The notes under the pieces were generated by a model that worked only from the letters and a program-made list of their open reading frames with translations, did no database searches and was not told the origin of the DNA. DNA of 64,000 nt from a virus (Duplodnaviria; Caudoviricetes), in IMG/VR virus record IMGVR_UViG_3300006175_000012, positions 1,304-65,303 of that record; one strand, written 5' to 3'. Shown here in pieces: positions 19,286 to 28,557 of the stretch (within the stretch, counting starts at the first letter, position 1; the number at the start of each line of letters is the position of its first letter). The translations under genes were made by a program, and so were the position numbers.

Positions 19286-19917
19286 GCCGCCACCAGTTCC
19301 CGCGTGCCGCGCACCACGTCCACCGGGCGCTTCGGGTCCAGGATGTAGGTGCCGAAGTCCCCGTCCTTCTCCGGCCGCCACTCGCCGACACCGACGCCCG
19401 TGCCGCCCGCCTCGATGAGCGAAAGCACCGAATCCTGCGTGAGCGCCGAGGTCACGTAGGTGACTTCCAGCGTCGCCGTCCACGGCAGGAACTGCGGCCG
19501 GTAGCGCAGATCCGAGCCGTTGCGCCCGACCGTGACCACGTCCTCGCGCATCTTCGGCTCCCCGACGATGCGCACCAGCCCGCGCCCGTCCGAGCCGATC
19601 TCGCCGCGGAAGAACATGTACTGCTTGAGCGCGGTCATCGTGACGGCGGAGAAGAACCTGGCGCCGCTGACCGTGGCGGCCTTGAAAGCGAGCGCGGGAA
19701 AGCCGTAGCCGCCGTCTTCGAGGCGGTAGAACGCGGCCTCGTATTCGGCTTCGGGGTTCTTGTTCTGCTTGGGCGACTTGCGGCCCTGCATGTTGTCCAG
19801 CATCTGGCGCTTGGCCTTCTCGCTGAACTTGTGGACGATCAGCGGCGCCGTTCCCGCGATGGGAACGAGGATCGTCTCGGTGCCGATCCGGCTGATGTTG
19901 ATGGTGGCGTCGGCCAT
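19282..19917 (-). CDS. Stand-alone Cas7/RAMP-like protein (Vipr-like), 211 aa
   Basis: RAMP hallmarks in order: first strand I.GTAPLIVH, YGFPALAFKAA (the P.ss.KG helix), LRYRPQF..W, and G-rich loop GVGVGEWRPEKDGDFGTY; no other cas genes nearby. Confidence 0.75.
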   Translation of the reverse strand: MADATINISRIGTETILVPIAGTAPLIVHKFSEKAKRQMLDNMQGRKSPKQNKNPEAEYEAAFYRLEDGGYGFPALAFKAATVSGARFFSAVTMTALKQYMFFRGEIGSDGRGLVRIVGEPKMREDVVTVGRNGSDLRYRPQFLPWTATLEVTYVTSALTQDSVLSLIEAGGTGVGVGEWRPEKDGDFGTYILDPKRPVDVVRGTRELVAA

Positions 19918-19959
19918 GGCTGTCCCCTTGGGAATGTGGAGGGTCTGTTTCAGCCGCTC

Positions 19960-20082
19960 CATGCCACGAACCGTGTGAGCAGTATAGGAGATACAGTGCG
20001 AACGTACGCAAGAAACCGGCGGCGGCAGTGCGTAGCGTGCGGTTACATGCCACGAATCGACTTGCTTGTCACTGCCGCCGCC
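19960..20082. promoter_or_regulatory. Divergent promoter region of the Cas7-like operon
   Basis: Minus-strand -10 TATACT at 19981-19986; direct repeat CATGCCACGAA at 19960 and 20046; 13-bp inverted repeat 20018-20030/20070-20082. Confidence 0.55.
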
Positions 20083-20096
20083 TGGTCGGTTAAGCC

Positions 20097-20666
20097 ATGA
20101 CTGAACCCGCCGCCCCGCACCTGGTCGTGCGCCAGCTCGCCCTGCCGCCCGTGCGCGACCCGGACCGGGCCAGCGACCTGCTCGCCGACTACCTGCACGA
20201 CCACCCGCACGTCACCGACCCGGACATCGCCGCCAGCCTCGCCACCGGGCAGATCGACGTGCAGCTGACCGTTCACGCGCCGGACCGGGAAGCGGCCGAG
20301 GCGCGAGCCGACCAGGTCCTGCGCGACGCCCTCGTGCACGCCGTCATGACGAGCGCGGCCGAAGCGATCCGTGACGAACGCACCTACCGGCCGATCGGCC
20401 ACAAGACACCGGCAGGGCCGGTCGCCGAGGACGCGGCGATGTCTAGTTCAAGGCCACAAGCGGACGCCGGAACGTCTACTTCAACTCGACATGCCGACGA
20501 CCTTCACGCGCGGATCGCCCGCGTCCTGCGCGAGCACGAGCCACCAACGCACGTCGACCGGGACGGCCTGCCGCCGGACGAGTTCGACTGCTGCGCCGAC
20601 GCGGTCATGGCCGTCGTCGAGCCCGCGATCCGAGCCGCACAGCGCGGCGAGGACGCCGAGCGGTGA
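20097..20666 (+). CDS. Hypothetical protein
   Basis: 189-aa ORF with plausible codon usage. Confidence 0.5.
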   Translation: MTEPAAPHLVVRQLALPPVRDPDRASDLLADYLHDHPHVTDPDIAASLATGQIDVQLTVHAPDREAAEARADQVLRDALVHAVMTSAAEAIRDERTYRPIGHKTPAGPVAEDAAMSSSRPQADAGTSTSTRHADDLHARIARVLREHEPPTHVDRDGLPPDEFDCCADAVMAVVEPAIRAAQRGEDAER

Positions 20667-20671
20667 GCGCG

Positions 20672-21553
20672 TCAGCACTTCTCCCATCCGTCAATACCCG
20701 AGCACACCTGCGCGCTGGCTATGTTGTACCCGCCGTCAGCCGAGCCGTTGTTCGACACGGTCTGCGCGTACCCCAGCAGGTCATCCGTCTGCACCGTCGT
20801 CGTGCAGGACACCGACCCGCCGCCCTGCAACTGCGCCGTGGTCACGTAGTACTGCGCGCCTGGGTCCAGCTTGTCGACGTGCGTGAACGGCAGACTCGAC
20901 GCGGAATGCTCCGACCCGTTCGCACCGTAGGTGATGTCCACCCCACCGTCCCCCGCGCAATGGAACGTGACCTGCTCCGGCGCCGGAGTAGCAGCCGGGG
21001 TCGGCGACGGTGCGTCACGCGGCAGCGCCACCGAACCCCCGAGGATCCGCTGCGCGGCCTGCGCGTACGTGCCGCTCGTGGTCGTCAGCACCCAGTTCAC
21101 GCCCGCCAGGGCCGTGGTGTCCGCCGGAATCCCGTAGAACGGCGCGACCACGGCCCCGGCCGCGTACGTCTGCGCGGCACCCTGAGTCTTGAACACCGCG
21201 ATCTGCGTGTCCTGGCTCGCGCCGTCCGGACTGGAGCACTGCACCGCGTCCGTCGCGCCCGAGTAATCCGACAGGCCCGGCGTGTCGCCGGGGGAGCACT
21301 GCTGCCCGGCTGTAGCGAGCGCGTACTCGATCTCGCCGGCGTTGCCGTAACTGCCCCCGTCGACCGGAGCAGCGGACACGGACGGGCTGGGCACCTCGGG
21401 CGGCGCGTAGCTGTAGTTGTCGGCGGCCGGGTCGGTGGTTTGGACCGGCCGCGGCGAGGCGCCGGACGCGGCCTGGTTTGCCGGCGAGCAGCCGACCGCA
21501 GCGACGAGCGCGAGCCCCGCGACCACGATGGACGTGCCGGAACGACGGCGCAT
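20672..21553 (-). CDS. Lipoprotein with MmpS-like C-terminal domain
   Basis: Signal peptide MRRR..LALVAAVG-C; C-terminal VDITYG..SLPF..GSVSCT.. Confidence 0.7.
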   Translation of the reverse strand: MRRRSGTSIVVAGLALVAAVGCSPANQAASGASPRPVQTTDPAADNYSYAPPEVPSPSVSAAPVDGGSYGNAGEIEYALATAGQQCSPGDTPGLSDYSGATDAVQCSSPDGASQDTQIAVFKTQGAAQTYAAGAVVAPFYGIPADTTALAGVNWVLTTTSGTYAQAAQRILGGSVALPRDAPSPTPAATPAPEQVTFHCAGDGGVDITYGANGSEHSASSLPFTHVDKLDPGAQYYVTTAQLQGGGSVSCTTTVQTDDLLGYAQTVSNNGSADGGYNIASAQVCSGIDGWEKC

Positions 21554-21726
21554 GATCCCCCCACTGTTCGAGTACTGACAGGCCGCCACGCTACGCCCGG
21601 AGCGCGCGGCACGGACCGGCGCAACCGGACCGCGACCGGATCGAGACGAACCCGACGCGGCCGGGCCGAAAGGCATCGCGTGACACCCACGAACACGCCA
21701 CCATCAGACGAACACCGGAGGAACCT

Positions 21727-22503
21727 GTGACCGACTCGACAAGCCTCGGCGATCGCATGAAAGCCTACGAGGCGCCCTGGAAACTTACCTTCCCCCGCCG
21801 CCTGCCGCTCGTGATCCGGGTCGACGGCCGGGCGTTCCACAGCTACCTGCGCGGCGCCGCGAAACCGTTCGACATGCCGTTCGTCGAGGACATGGCCGAA
21901 GTCGCCAAGACGCTGTGCGCTGAGATCTCCGGCGCGGTGTTCGCCTACCATCAGAGCGACGAGATCAGCGTCCTCGTGCAGGACTGGGCGTCCACCACCA
22001 CCGAACCCTGGTTCGCAGGCGAACTCCAGAAGATCGTGTCGATCTCCGCCGCCATCGCCACCAGCGCCCTGACTTCACGCCGAGGCGGCCGACCCCTGTT
22101 CGACGCCCGCGCATTCGTGCTGCCCAACCCCGTCGAAGTCGCCAACTACTACCAATGGCGGCAGCGCGACGCCGTGCGCAACTCGATCAGCATGGCCGCG
22201 CAGGCACACTTCAGCCACAAACGGCTACAGGGCGTCAGCGGCGAGCAGATGCAGGAATGGCTGTTCCAGGAGAAGGGCGTGAACTGGAACGACTACCCCG
22301 CCGAGTGTCGACGCGGGCAGGTCGCGGTGAAACGCTCGGGGGAGCGCGAAGTCACCTACACCGACAAGCGGACGAAAACCGAGTGCACGACGCTCGCGCT
22401 GCGCTCGTGGTGGGACGTGGAGCCCGCACCCCGGTTCACCGCGGAGCCGGGCGGGTTCCTCGCCGAGACTATCCCGAGCATGCCCGCGCTGGCCGCCGCA
22501 TGA
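21727..22503 (+). CDS. tRNA(His) guanylyltransferase Thg1-like protein (3'-5' polymerase)
   Basis: RVDGRAFH, QSDEIS, FDARAF, WRQRDAVRNSI, GVNWNDYP motifs. Confidence 0.92.
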   Translation: MTDSTSLGDRMKAYEAPWKLTFPRRLPLVIRVDGRAFHSYLRGAAKPFDMPFVEDMAEVAKTLCAEISGAVFAYHQSDEISVLVQDWASTTTEPWFAGELQKIVSISAAIATSALTSRRGGRPLFDARAFVLPNPVEVANYYQWRQRDAVRNSISMAAQAHFSHKRLQGVSGEQMQEWLFQEKGVNWNDYPAECRRGQVAVKRSGEREVTYTDKRTKTECTTLALRSWWDVEPAPRFTAEPGGFLAETIPSMPALAAA

Positions 22504-23216
22504 CCGCATCCGAGGAGTCCGACATGCGTATCCTGCTGGCCGGCGTCGTCGGAAGCACGGCCTACGGCCTGGCCGGCCCCGACTCGGACATCGACCGGCT
22601 CGGCGTGTTCACCTGGCCCACCACCCGGTACATGGGCCTGACCCCACCCACCGACTCCATCGTCACCACCAAACCCGACGTCACCTACCACGAAGCCGCC
22701 AAAGCCTGCCGCCTGATCCTCGGCGGCAACCCCACTGCGACCGAACTGCTGTGGCTCGAAACCTGGGAGATCAAAACACCGCTCGGCGACGAACTGGTCG
22801 GACTGCGCTCCGCGTTCCTCTCCGCCAAACGCACCCGCGACGCCTACCTCGGGTACGCCACCCAGCAGTTCCGCAAGCTCCTGTCCCGCGACGGCAAATC
22901 CTTCGGCTCCGACATTCCCGAGCGGCGCACCGCCAAGCACGCACGCCACCTGATGCGCCTGTGCGACCAGGGCTACGAGCTGTACACCACCGGGCGCCTG
23001 CGCATCCGCCTCACGGACCCGCAACGCTACCTCGACTTCGGCGAACAGGTCGCCGCCGACCCGCAGTCCGTGATCCCGTTCATGGCCGCCGCCGAACAGC
23101 GGTTCAACGACGCCAAGACGGTCCTGCCCGACGAGCCCCAGACCAGTGTCGTCGAGGGCTGGCTGCACCGGGTACGCCGCGCCTACTACGAGAGCGATGG
23201 GGAGCCGCGCCGATGA
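22500..23216 (+). CDS. DNA pol beta-superfamily nucleotidyltransferase (RlaP/Nuc-transf-like)
   Basis: GSTAYGL..DSDIDRLGVF; GNP..ELLW; K.A.HL.RL. Confidence 0.85.
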   Translation: MTASEESDMRILLAGVVGSTAYGLAGPDSDIDRLGVFTWPTTRYMGLTPPTDSIVTTKPDVTYHEAAKACRLILGGNPTATELLWLETWEIKTPLGDELVGLRSAFLSAKRTRDAYLGYATQQFRKLLSRDGKSFGSDIPERRTAKHARHLMRLCDQGYELYTTGRLRIRLTDPQRYLDFGEQVAADPQSVIPFMAAAEQRFNDAKTVLPDEPQTSVVEGWLHRVRRAYYESDGEPRR

Positions 23217-23716
23217 AACCCGAGGCGATCATCGCGGACATGGACGGCACACTGTGCGACGTGAGCGGCATCCGCCACCTGCTGCTCGGCCCCGGCAGCT
23301 ACGACGCGTTCCACCGCGCGAGCATCGACTGCCCCCCACACCAATGGGTCGTCGACGCCGTCACAGCCGAACACGCCGCCGGGCGCGCCGTCCTGGTCGT
23401 CACCGCCCGCTCGGCCCGCTACCGCGACATCACCGCGATGTGGCTCGCCCTGCACGGCGTCCCCTCGGCGTCGATGTTCATGCGCGCCGACAAGGACAGC
23501 CGCCCGGACCGCGAGGTGAAAGCCGAGATCCTGGCGAAGATCCGGCAGCGGTGGACGGTCGTGCACGCGTGGGACGACCGGCCGGAGATCGTCGAGTTAT
23601 GGGAATCCGAAGGGATCCCGGTCACGGTCGTTCCCGGCTGGGTCGAGACGGTGTCGTTTCCGCCCGACTCGCCCGCGGCTGCCAGTATCGACGCGACACC
23701 CCGGAGGAACCCGTGA
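23213..23716 (+). CDS. HAD phosphatase of the polynucleotide kinase 3'-phosphatase type
   Basis: DMDGTL, VTAR, MRADKDSRPDREVK, WDDRPEIVELW. Confidence 0.85.
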   Translation: MKPEAIIADMDGTLCDVSGIRHLLLGPGSYDAFHRASIDCPPHQWVVDAVTAEHAAGRAVLVVTARSARYRDITAMWLALHGVPSASMFMRADKDSRPDREVKAEILAKIRQRWTVVHAWDDRPEIVELWESEGIPVTVVPGWVETVSFPPDSPAAASIDATPRRNP

Positions 23717-26503
23717 ACGACACCGAACCCCGCGACTTCCCGCTATCCGACATCCTGTCCGTCACCACCGGCCGGCTCCTGTCCCGCGACGGCATCGACG
23801 GGGTGTACCGAATCCTGTCCCACCTCACCGGCGACCAGATCATGATCGAGCCGCAGATCCCGCGCGCCCTCGACGCCTGCCAACCGCAAGTGCTCGCGCA
23901 GCATCCGCAGCTGCTCGGCGTCACCCCGCGCACGAACGCCGAGATCGAGCACATCGGCACGTGGCTCGACGAGCAGGAGACCCGGTTCGGGGCGTCGCTC
24001 CCGGTCGCCCCGATCGACGGCTGGGAGCGACGCAACCCGATCGTGGAGCTCGCCGAGAGACTCGGGCCGGAGCGCGTCGTTCCGGTTGTGCTGCCGTGAC
24101 CGCCGCAGGGAATCCGCCGCGCTGCGAGACCTGCGGCAAACGCGTCCGGCCCTGGCAGCGCTATGACGGCGTCGGACCGCTCGGCTTCACCCGCAGGACC
24201 GCCGCCATGCTCTGGCACTCGAAGTGCGGCCTGGAGCGCCCCGCGTGACCGGCACGCACGTGATCTCCGTGCGCGTCCCCGCCGACCTCGCGACGGCCGC
24301 CAACAACCACGCCGAGCGCACCGGGCGGCGCCTGTCCGACGTCGTGCGCGACGCCCTGGCCGCGCACCTCGCGCCTACCGCCGTGACCCTCACCGTCACC
24401 TGCGGCGACCGCATCCGGGCCGAGCCACACACCGGGCGCCCGCTCACCTGCAACAGCAACCCGATCGTGCCCGAGACCCTGCACCTGGTCCTGCCGTGAC
24501 CGCCCGCGCTGTGGGCGCGGCTTGCGAGAATGGCACTGTGGCCGACAACCCCAACACCCTCGAACCCCGCGAACTCGTGGAACTCTTCGTCGCCCAGGCA
24601 ACCGCACTACGCGACCAGGAGCCCGGCGTCAGCGCGCAAGACGTCGCCGAACTCGCCCGCACCGTCACACGCCGCCAGCCCAGCTACCAGCCTTGGGGGC
24701 ACACGGAACGCTGCCCCGAAGAACCCATGACCGACCTGATGCGGCAGACGATGAACGGCGACGGGTTCCACGCGACCACCGCCGGCCGGATCCGCGCTGC
24801 CGCCGCGGCCGAGCCGTCCCGTCATTCGCTGTTCGACCGGCTGGCCATGCGCGGACTCGCGCCGCTGCCGCGGGAGTTGCCCGAGGATGACGGGGCGCAC
24901 GTGCTGCTGTACGACGTCAAACGCAACACCGTGCTGACCGCATTGGCGCAGCGAGACGATGCGGGAATTGAGCGGGATGTTCAGCGGCTGCTGCGCGACG
25001 TGGACCGCGACCGGCGCAGCTACGAGAACGAACAGTGGTACCTGGCCAGGGACTACTGACCGATGGGACGCATTTCATGTGCGGGGCGCCGAAAGAGTCT
25101 TGAGGGGCTGCGAGGGATCGCGGGCGCGCTGGCCCGCGCTGTGGGTGCGTCCGGTGAGGATAGGAACATGACTGATGAACACGACAATGCTGCACAGTAC
25201 CTGCGGCTAGTCGAAGCGCACCGGGATGCGGTCATCGCGGAAGGCCACGCCGCAGACGCACTCGAAGCAGCGCAAGCAAGCGGAGACGCTTCGGCGGTAG
25301 CGGCGGCCCAGGGTGCGTACAACCAGGCGGCCGCGCGTGCCGAGTCCGCAGAGGCACAGTGGTCGGCCGGGTACGACGCGGAACTCGCGCGACTGGATGG
25401 GGCGCAGGAGCGCCTGCCGTGACGCTCAAGGCCCGCGTCCCGCACGAACCGGGCGCCGTGTTTGTCGGCAAGCGCCCCCGCTGCGCGCACTGCGGTCGGC
25501 GTGTCGCCCGCAGTGCGCGCTCCGCGATCCTGCACGCCGACGGCACCACACCGCGACGACGATGACGACTGAGCCCGCCTGGTTCGGCGACCCTGGCGCC
25601 GTCCACGAACCCGGTGTCGAACCGGCTGGCACAGGCTGGCGTCCCGTGTGCTCCTGCGGGTTCTCCGCGCCCCTGACGCACGACACGAAGCACGGGGCGC
25701 TGCGGGCCGCGCAGACCCACGCCGCGGTATCGAGCGCGCTGCCAACGGGCCGGTACAGTGCCGTGCTCGACGGCGACACCGTGCACATCCGCTGCGACGC
25801 ACACCCCGACGAGCCTTTGGCCAGCTTCCCCGGCAGTCTCGACGGGCGCGAAACCGAGGCGCTCGACGCGATACGCGCCCACGAGCGCGACTACCACGAC
25901 GATGAGCACGCGCACCCGGAAGGCGGCTGACATGCCGACCCACCAGTTCAACCTCGTCTACGCCGACCACAACATCGCACCCGGGCACGCGGCGGCGTTC
26001 TGCGACGAACTGATCGAGGAACTGCTCGACCACCAGCCGACCGTCGAATGGCAACGCGTCACCGACCTGGGCGGCGGCCGGTTCTACGCCGCGCTGCGCG
26101 TGCCCGGCGACGAGCGGGAAGCCGCCGCGGTGCTGGGGAGGGCCATGGGGAACGCGCGGGCGAGACTGCGAAGCGCGGCGCGATGACTAAGCCGCCGACG
26201 TACGCAGACCTGCTCGCCCAGCTCGAAGGCCTGATGGCCGACGTGCCCCCGCTGCCGCGCGAGGTCGCCGTGAGCGGCCAGGCCACGCTGGACGCACTGA
26301 TCGCGGGCATGCCCGCAGCCGAACCGGGCGCGCCGTGGCTCAACCCGCTCGGCAACCTGCTCTCGATCCCGGTCCGCCTTGACGACACGCTGCCGCCCGA
26401 CCAGGTCCATATCCGCGAGCACGACGGCCGCGTGAGCGCCGCCTGGCAGCTCATTGACGGGGGCCGGTGGATCAGCCTGCCGGTCGTCGGCTGGCCGTCG
26501 TAG
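23713..26503 (+). other. Run of small coupled hypothetical ORFs, including a ribbon-helix-helix protein at 24245-24499
   Basis: Overlapping starts/stops; RHH pattern VISVRVPADL..GRRLSDVVRDAL. Confidence 0.6.
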
Positions 26504-26505
26504 CG

Positions 26506-27117
26506 TCACGCGGCGTGCGGGTTGAGCGCGCGGAACGCGGCGGCGAACCCCGGATCCGGGGCCAGCGCCTCATTGTGCCGATACCGGCCGCTGTCCGGAT
26601 CCAGATACCCCCAGTCACCGGGCTGCCCGTGCCCGCACACCATCAGCGTCCACGTCTCACCCGGATCCAGGATCTCGACCACCTCGTGGAACACGGCGTG
26701 CCCGAGTTCGTTGCGGCCACCCGCGGCATGCACGCACCTCTCATGCCCCACACCCCCGCGCCCCGACCGGTAGCGCTCCTCCGTGTAGCCGCCGCGCAGG
26801 ATCGTCGAACGCATCACCGTCCACCGGTGGTTGTGCGGAACCGGGCGCTGCCCGGCCCGCCGGTCCGGCAGGAACCACCGGTTGACTTTCACCGTCTCGT
26901 CCGGGGTGCTGGCGAGAATCAACTCCACCTTGGAGATACGGCCCTGGTTGTCGGGGATCGCGAACACGCCGCCGCCGGGATGCGTGAACTGCTCCCAGGT
27001 CAAGCCCGGCAGCAGGTTCGGAGCCTGGCCCTCGAGGGTGTCGCGCACCTGCTCGTAAACGTCCGCAGTGACGCGCTGGCCGGGCATCACCTCGAACGGC
27101 GCCGTGGCAGCCGTCAT
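26506..27117 (-). CDS. Cupin-fold metal-binding protein
   Basis: PHNHRW..STILRGGYTE..FHEV..TWTL. Confidence 0.6.
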   Translation of the reverse strand: MTAATAPFEVMPGQRVTADVYEQVRDTLEGQAPNLLPGLTWEQFTHPGGGVFAIPDNQGRISKVELILASTPDETVKVNRWFLPDRRAGQRPVPHNHRWTVMRSTILRGGYTEERYRSGRGGVGHERCVHAAGGRNELGHAVFHEVVEILDPGETWTLMVCGHGQPGDWGYLDPDSGRYRHNEALAPDPGFAAAFRALNPHAA

Positions 27118-27338
27118 ATCTGGGTGCAGGGGCACACCGAGTCGCCCAGCACGTCGGTAGGGCAGTCAGCGCCCCCGCCGCGGTGGCAGCCGGTGGCCGA
27201 GCAGCAGGTGCAGTCGCCGCACTCGCCGCTGCCCGCGTCCGCGAGCGGGTCGTAGTCGGCGAGCGAGAGGCCCGTCCCGAGCGATTGGAGTACGGGTACT
27301 CCGTCCTCGAGCTCGTAGTCGCCGTCAAGGTCGTCCAT
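27114..27338 (-). CDS. Small acidic Cys-rich protein
   Basis: ECGDCTCCSATGC..DC..VCPCT; GGAGG RBS; coupled to the cupin gene. Confidence 0.55.
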   Translation of the reverse strand: MDDLDGDYELEDGVPVLQSLGTGLSLADYDPLADAGSGECGDCTCCSATGCHRGGGADCPTDVLGDSVCPCTQI

Positions 27339-27500
27339 GGTTCCTCCAGTCGCCGGCTCCGGGCCCGTAACGGAGTACGTCAGGGCTCATATGTCGAGCG
27401 TACGGCGGAGGTGTGACAGCAGGTAGGACAAAAACAGGTCAATCATGATTGACCTGTTTTCGACCACCCCGCGCCGGGTGTCCGGGGGTAGATTCGATCC

Positions 27501-27962
27501 GTGGGCGAGAAGGAGGGCCGCTGGGTGGACGACCCACCCCTGCCCGAGATCACACCCCTGCCCGAGCGCCTGATCGCGGTACGCGGCGCCCAACGGCTGC
27601 GCGTCAACAACCAGGACAACCCCGACCCGCGACGCCGCGGCGGCCACACCGACACCGTCGCTCTCGCCTGGGCGCGCACCCCCGACGGCGACTGGGCGGC
27701 GCTGCTCGCCTGGCTCGGCGCGTGGCAGCAGGGCGGGCGCACCACCGGCCGGGGACGGTTCGGGTGGTGCCGGATCCCCGAGGGCCGCGTGGAGGCGATG
27801 CCCCCCGATCCGCTGTCGGGGGCGGCGTGGTACGGGTGGTTCGAGCCGAACGAACTCGGCGCCGCGATCCAGGCGGCCGCGCTGACGTTGCCCGAGGCCC
27901 TGCGGGCGGCCGCGCTCGACCCCCGACGCGACACTAGGCCGCCACCCGGCCCCGCACCTTGA
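27501..27962 (+). CDS. Hypothetical Trp-rich protein
   Basis: 153-aa ORF convergent with the ligase gene. Confidence 0.5.
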   Translation: MGEKEGRWVDDPPLPEITPLPERLIAVRGAQRLRVNNQDNPDPRRRGGHTDTVALAWARTPDGDWAALLAWLGAWQQGGRTTGRGRFGWCRIPEGRVEAMPPDPLSGAAWYGWFEPNELGAAIQAAALTLPEALRAAALDPRRDTRPPPGPAP

Positions 27963-28557
27963 CCCACCGAAAACCCCCGTAGGCCCCACCCAGCGGCTTG
28001 ACCACGACCCCCTCCACCCCGATCTGCGGCAGCACCCGCAGCCACGTCAACGCCGTCGCGCGATCCCGTGTCGCGAGGATCGTCTCGATCGGCGGCGGCA
28101 CATCGGCGAGCAGCGCCGTCAAACGGCCCCAGCGCTCCTCGAGCGCGAGATCGCGCACGTCGATGCAGCCGCGCCGGGCGTCCGGGACCGCCAGGACGTC
28201 GAACGCCACGTAACGCACCTGCACCCCCTCGCGGGCGCGCGCCGCGGCGGTGCGGGCCAGGTCGACGCGCGAGAGCCGCACGCCGCGCCAGGCGACTATC
28301 TCCCCGTCGAGGACGGCGCCGGCCGGGAGCGCGGCGATGGCGGCTGCTAGTTGCGGGAACCGCGGCGCGAGGTCGCGCCCTGTTCTCGACTGCAGTACGG
28401 GTCCTTCGGGCAGTGCGAAGGCGGCGCCCCTGAAGCCGTCGAGTTTCACGCTGTACTGGCAGCCGCCGGGCATCGCGTCCTCGTGCGGGAGCGTGCGCGC
28501 GGGCGCGGGCCGCATGAGCTGGACGGGTGGGCGCAGGTAGACGCGCGGGTTCGCCAT
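27934..28557 (-). CDS. Minimal ATP-dependent DNA ligase (adenylation domain only)
   Basis: Motifs KLDGFR, LDGEIV, YVAFDVL, EGVVVK, WVKVR; ends before an OB domain. Confidence 0.8.
   Translation of the reverse strand: MANPRVYLRPPVQLMRPAPARTLPHEDAMPGGCQYSVKLDGFRGAAFALPEGPVLQSRTGRDLAPRFPQLAAAIAALPAGAVLDGEIVAWRGVRLSRVDLARTAAARAREGVQVRYVAFDVLAVPDARRGCIDVRDLALEERWGRLTALLADVPPPIETILATRDRATALTWLRVLPQIGVEGVVVKPLGGAYGGFRWVKVRGRVAA

Noticed and set aside
17963-20100. ORFs crossing the pentamer array (17963-18487 +, 18297-18641 -, 18571-20100 +, extended 18025-18492 -)
   Set aside because: Their low-complexity P/R/C/A translations come from a 5-nt, non-triplet periodicity and they overlap better-supported genes; the region is better read as non-coding
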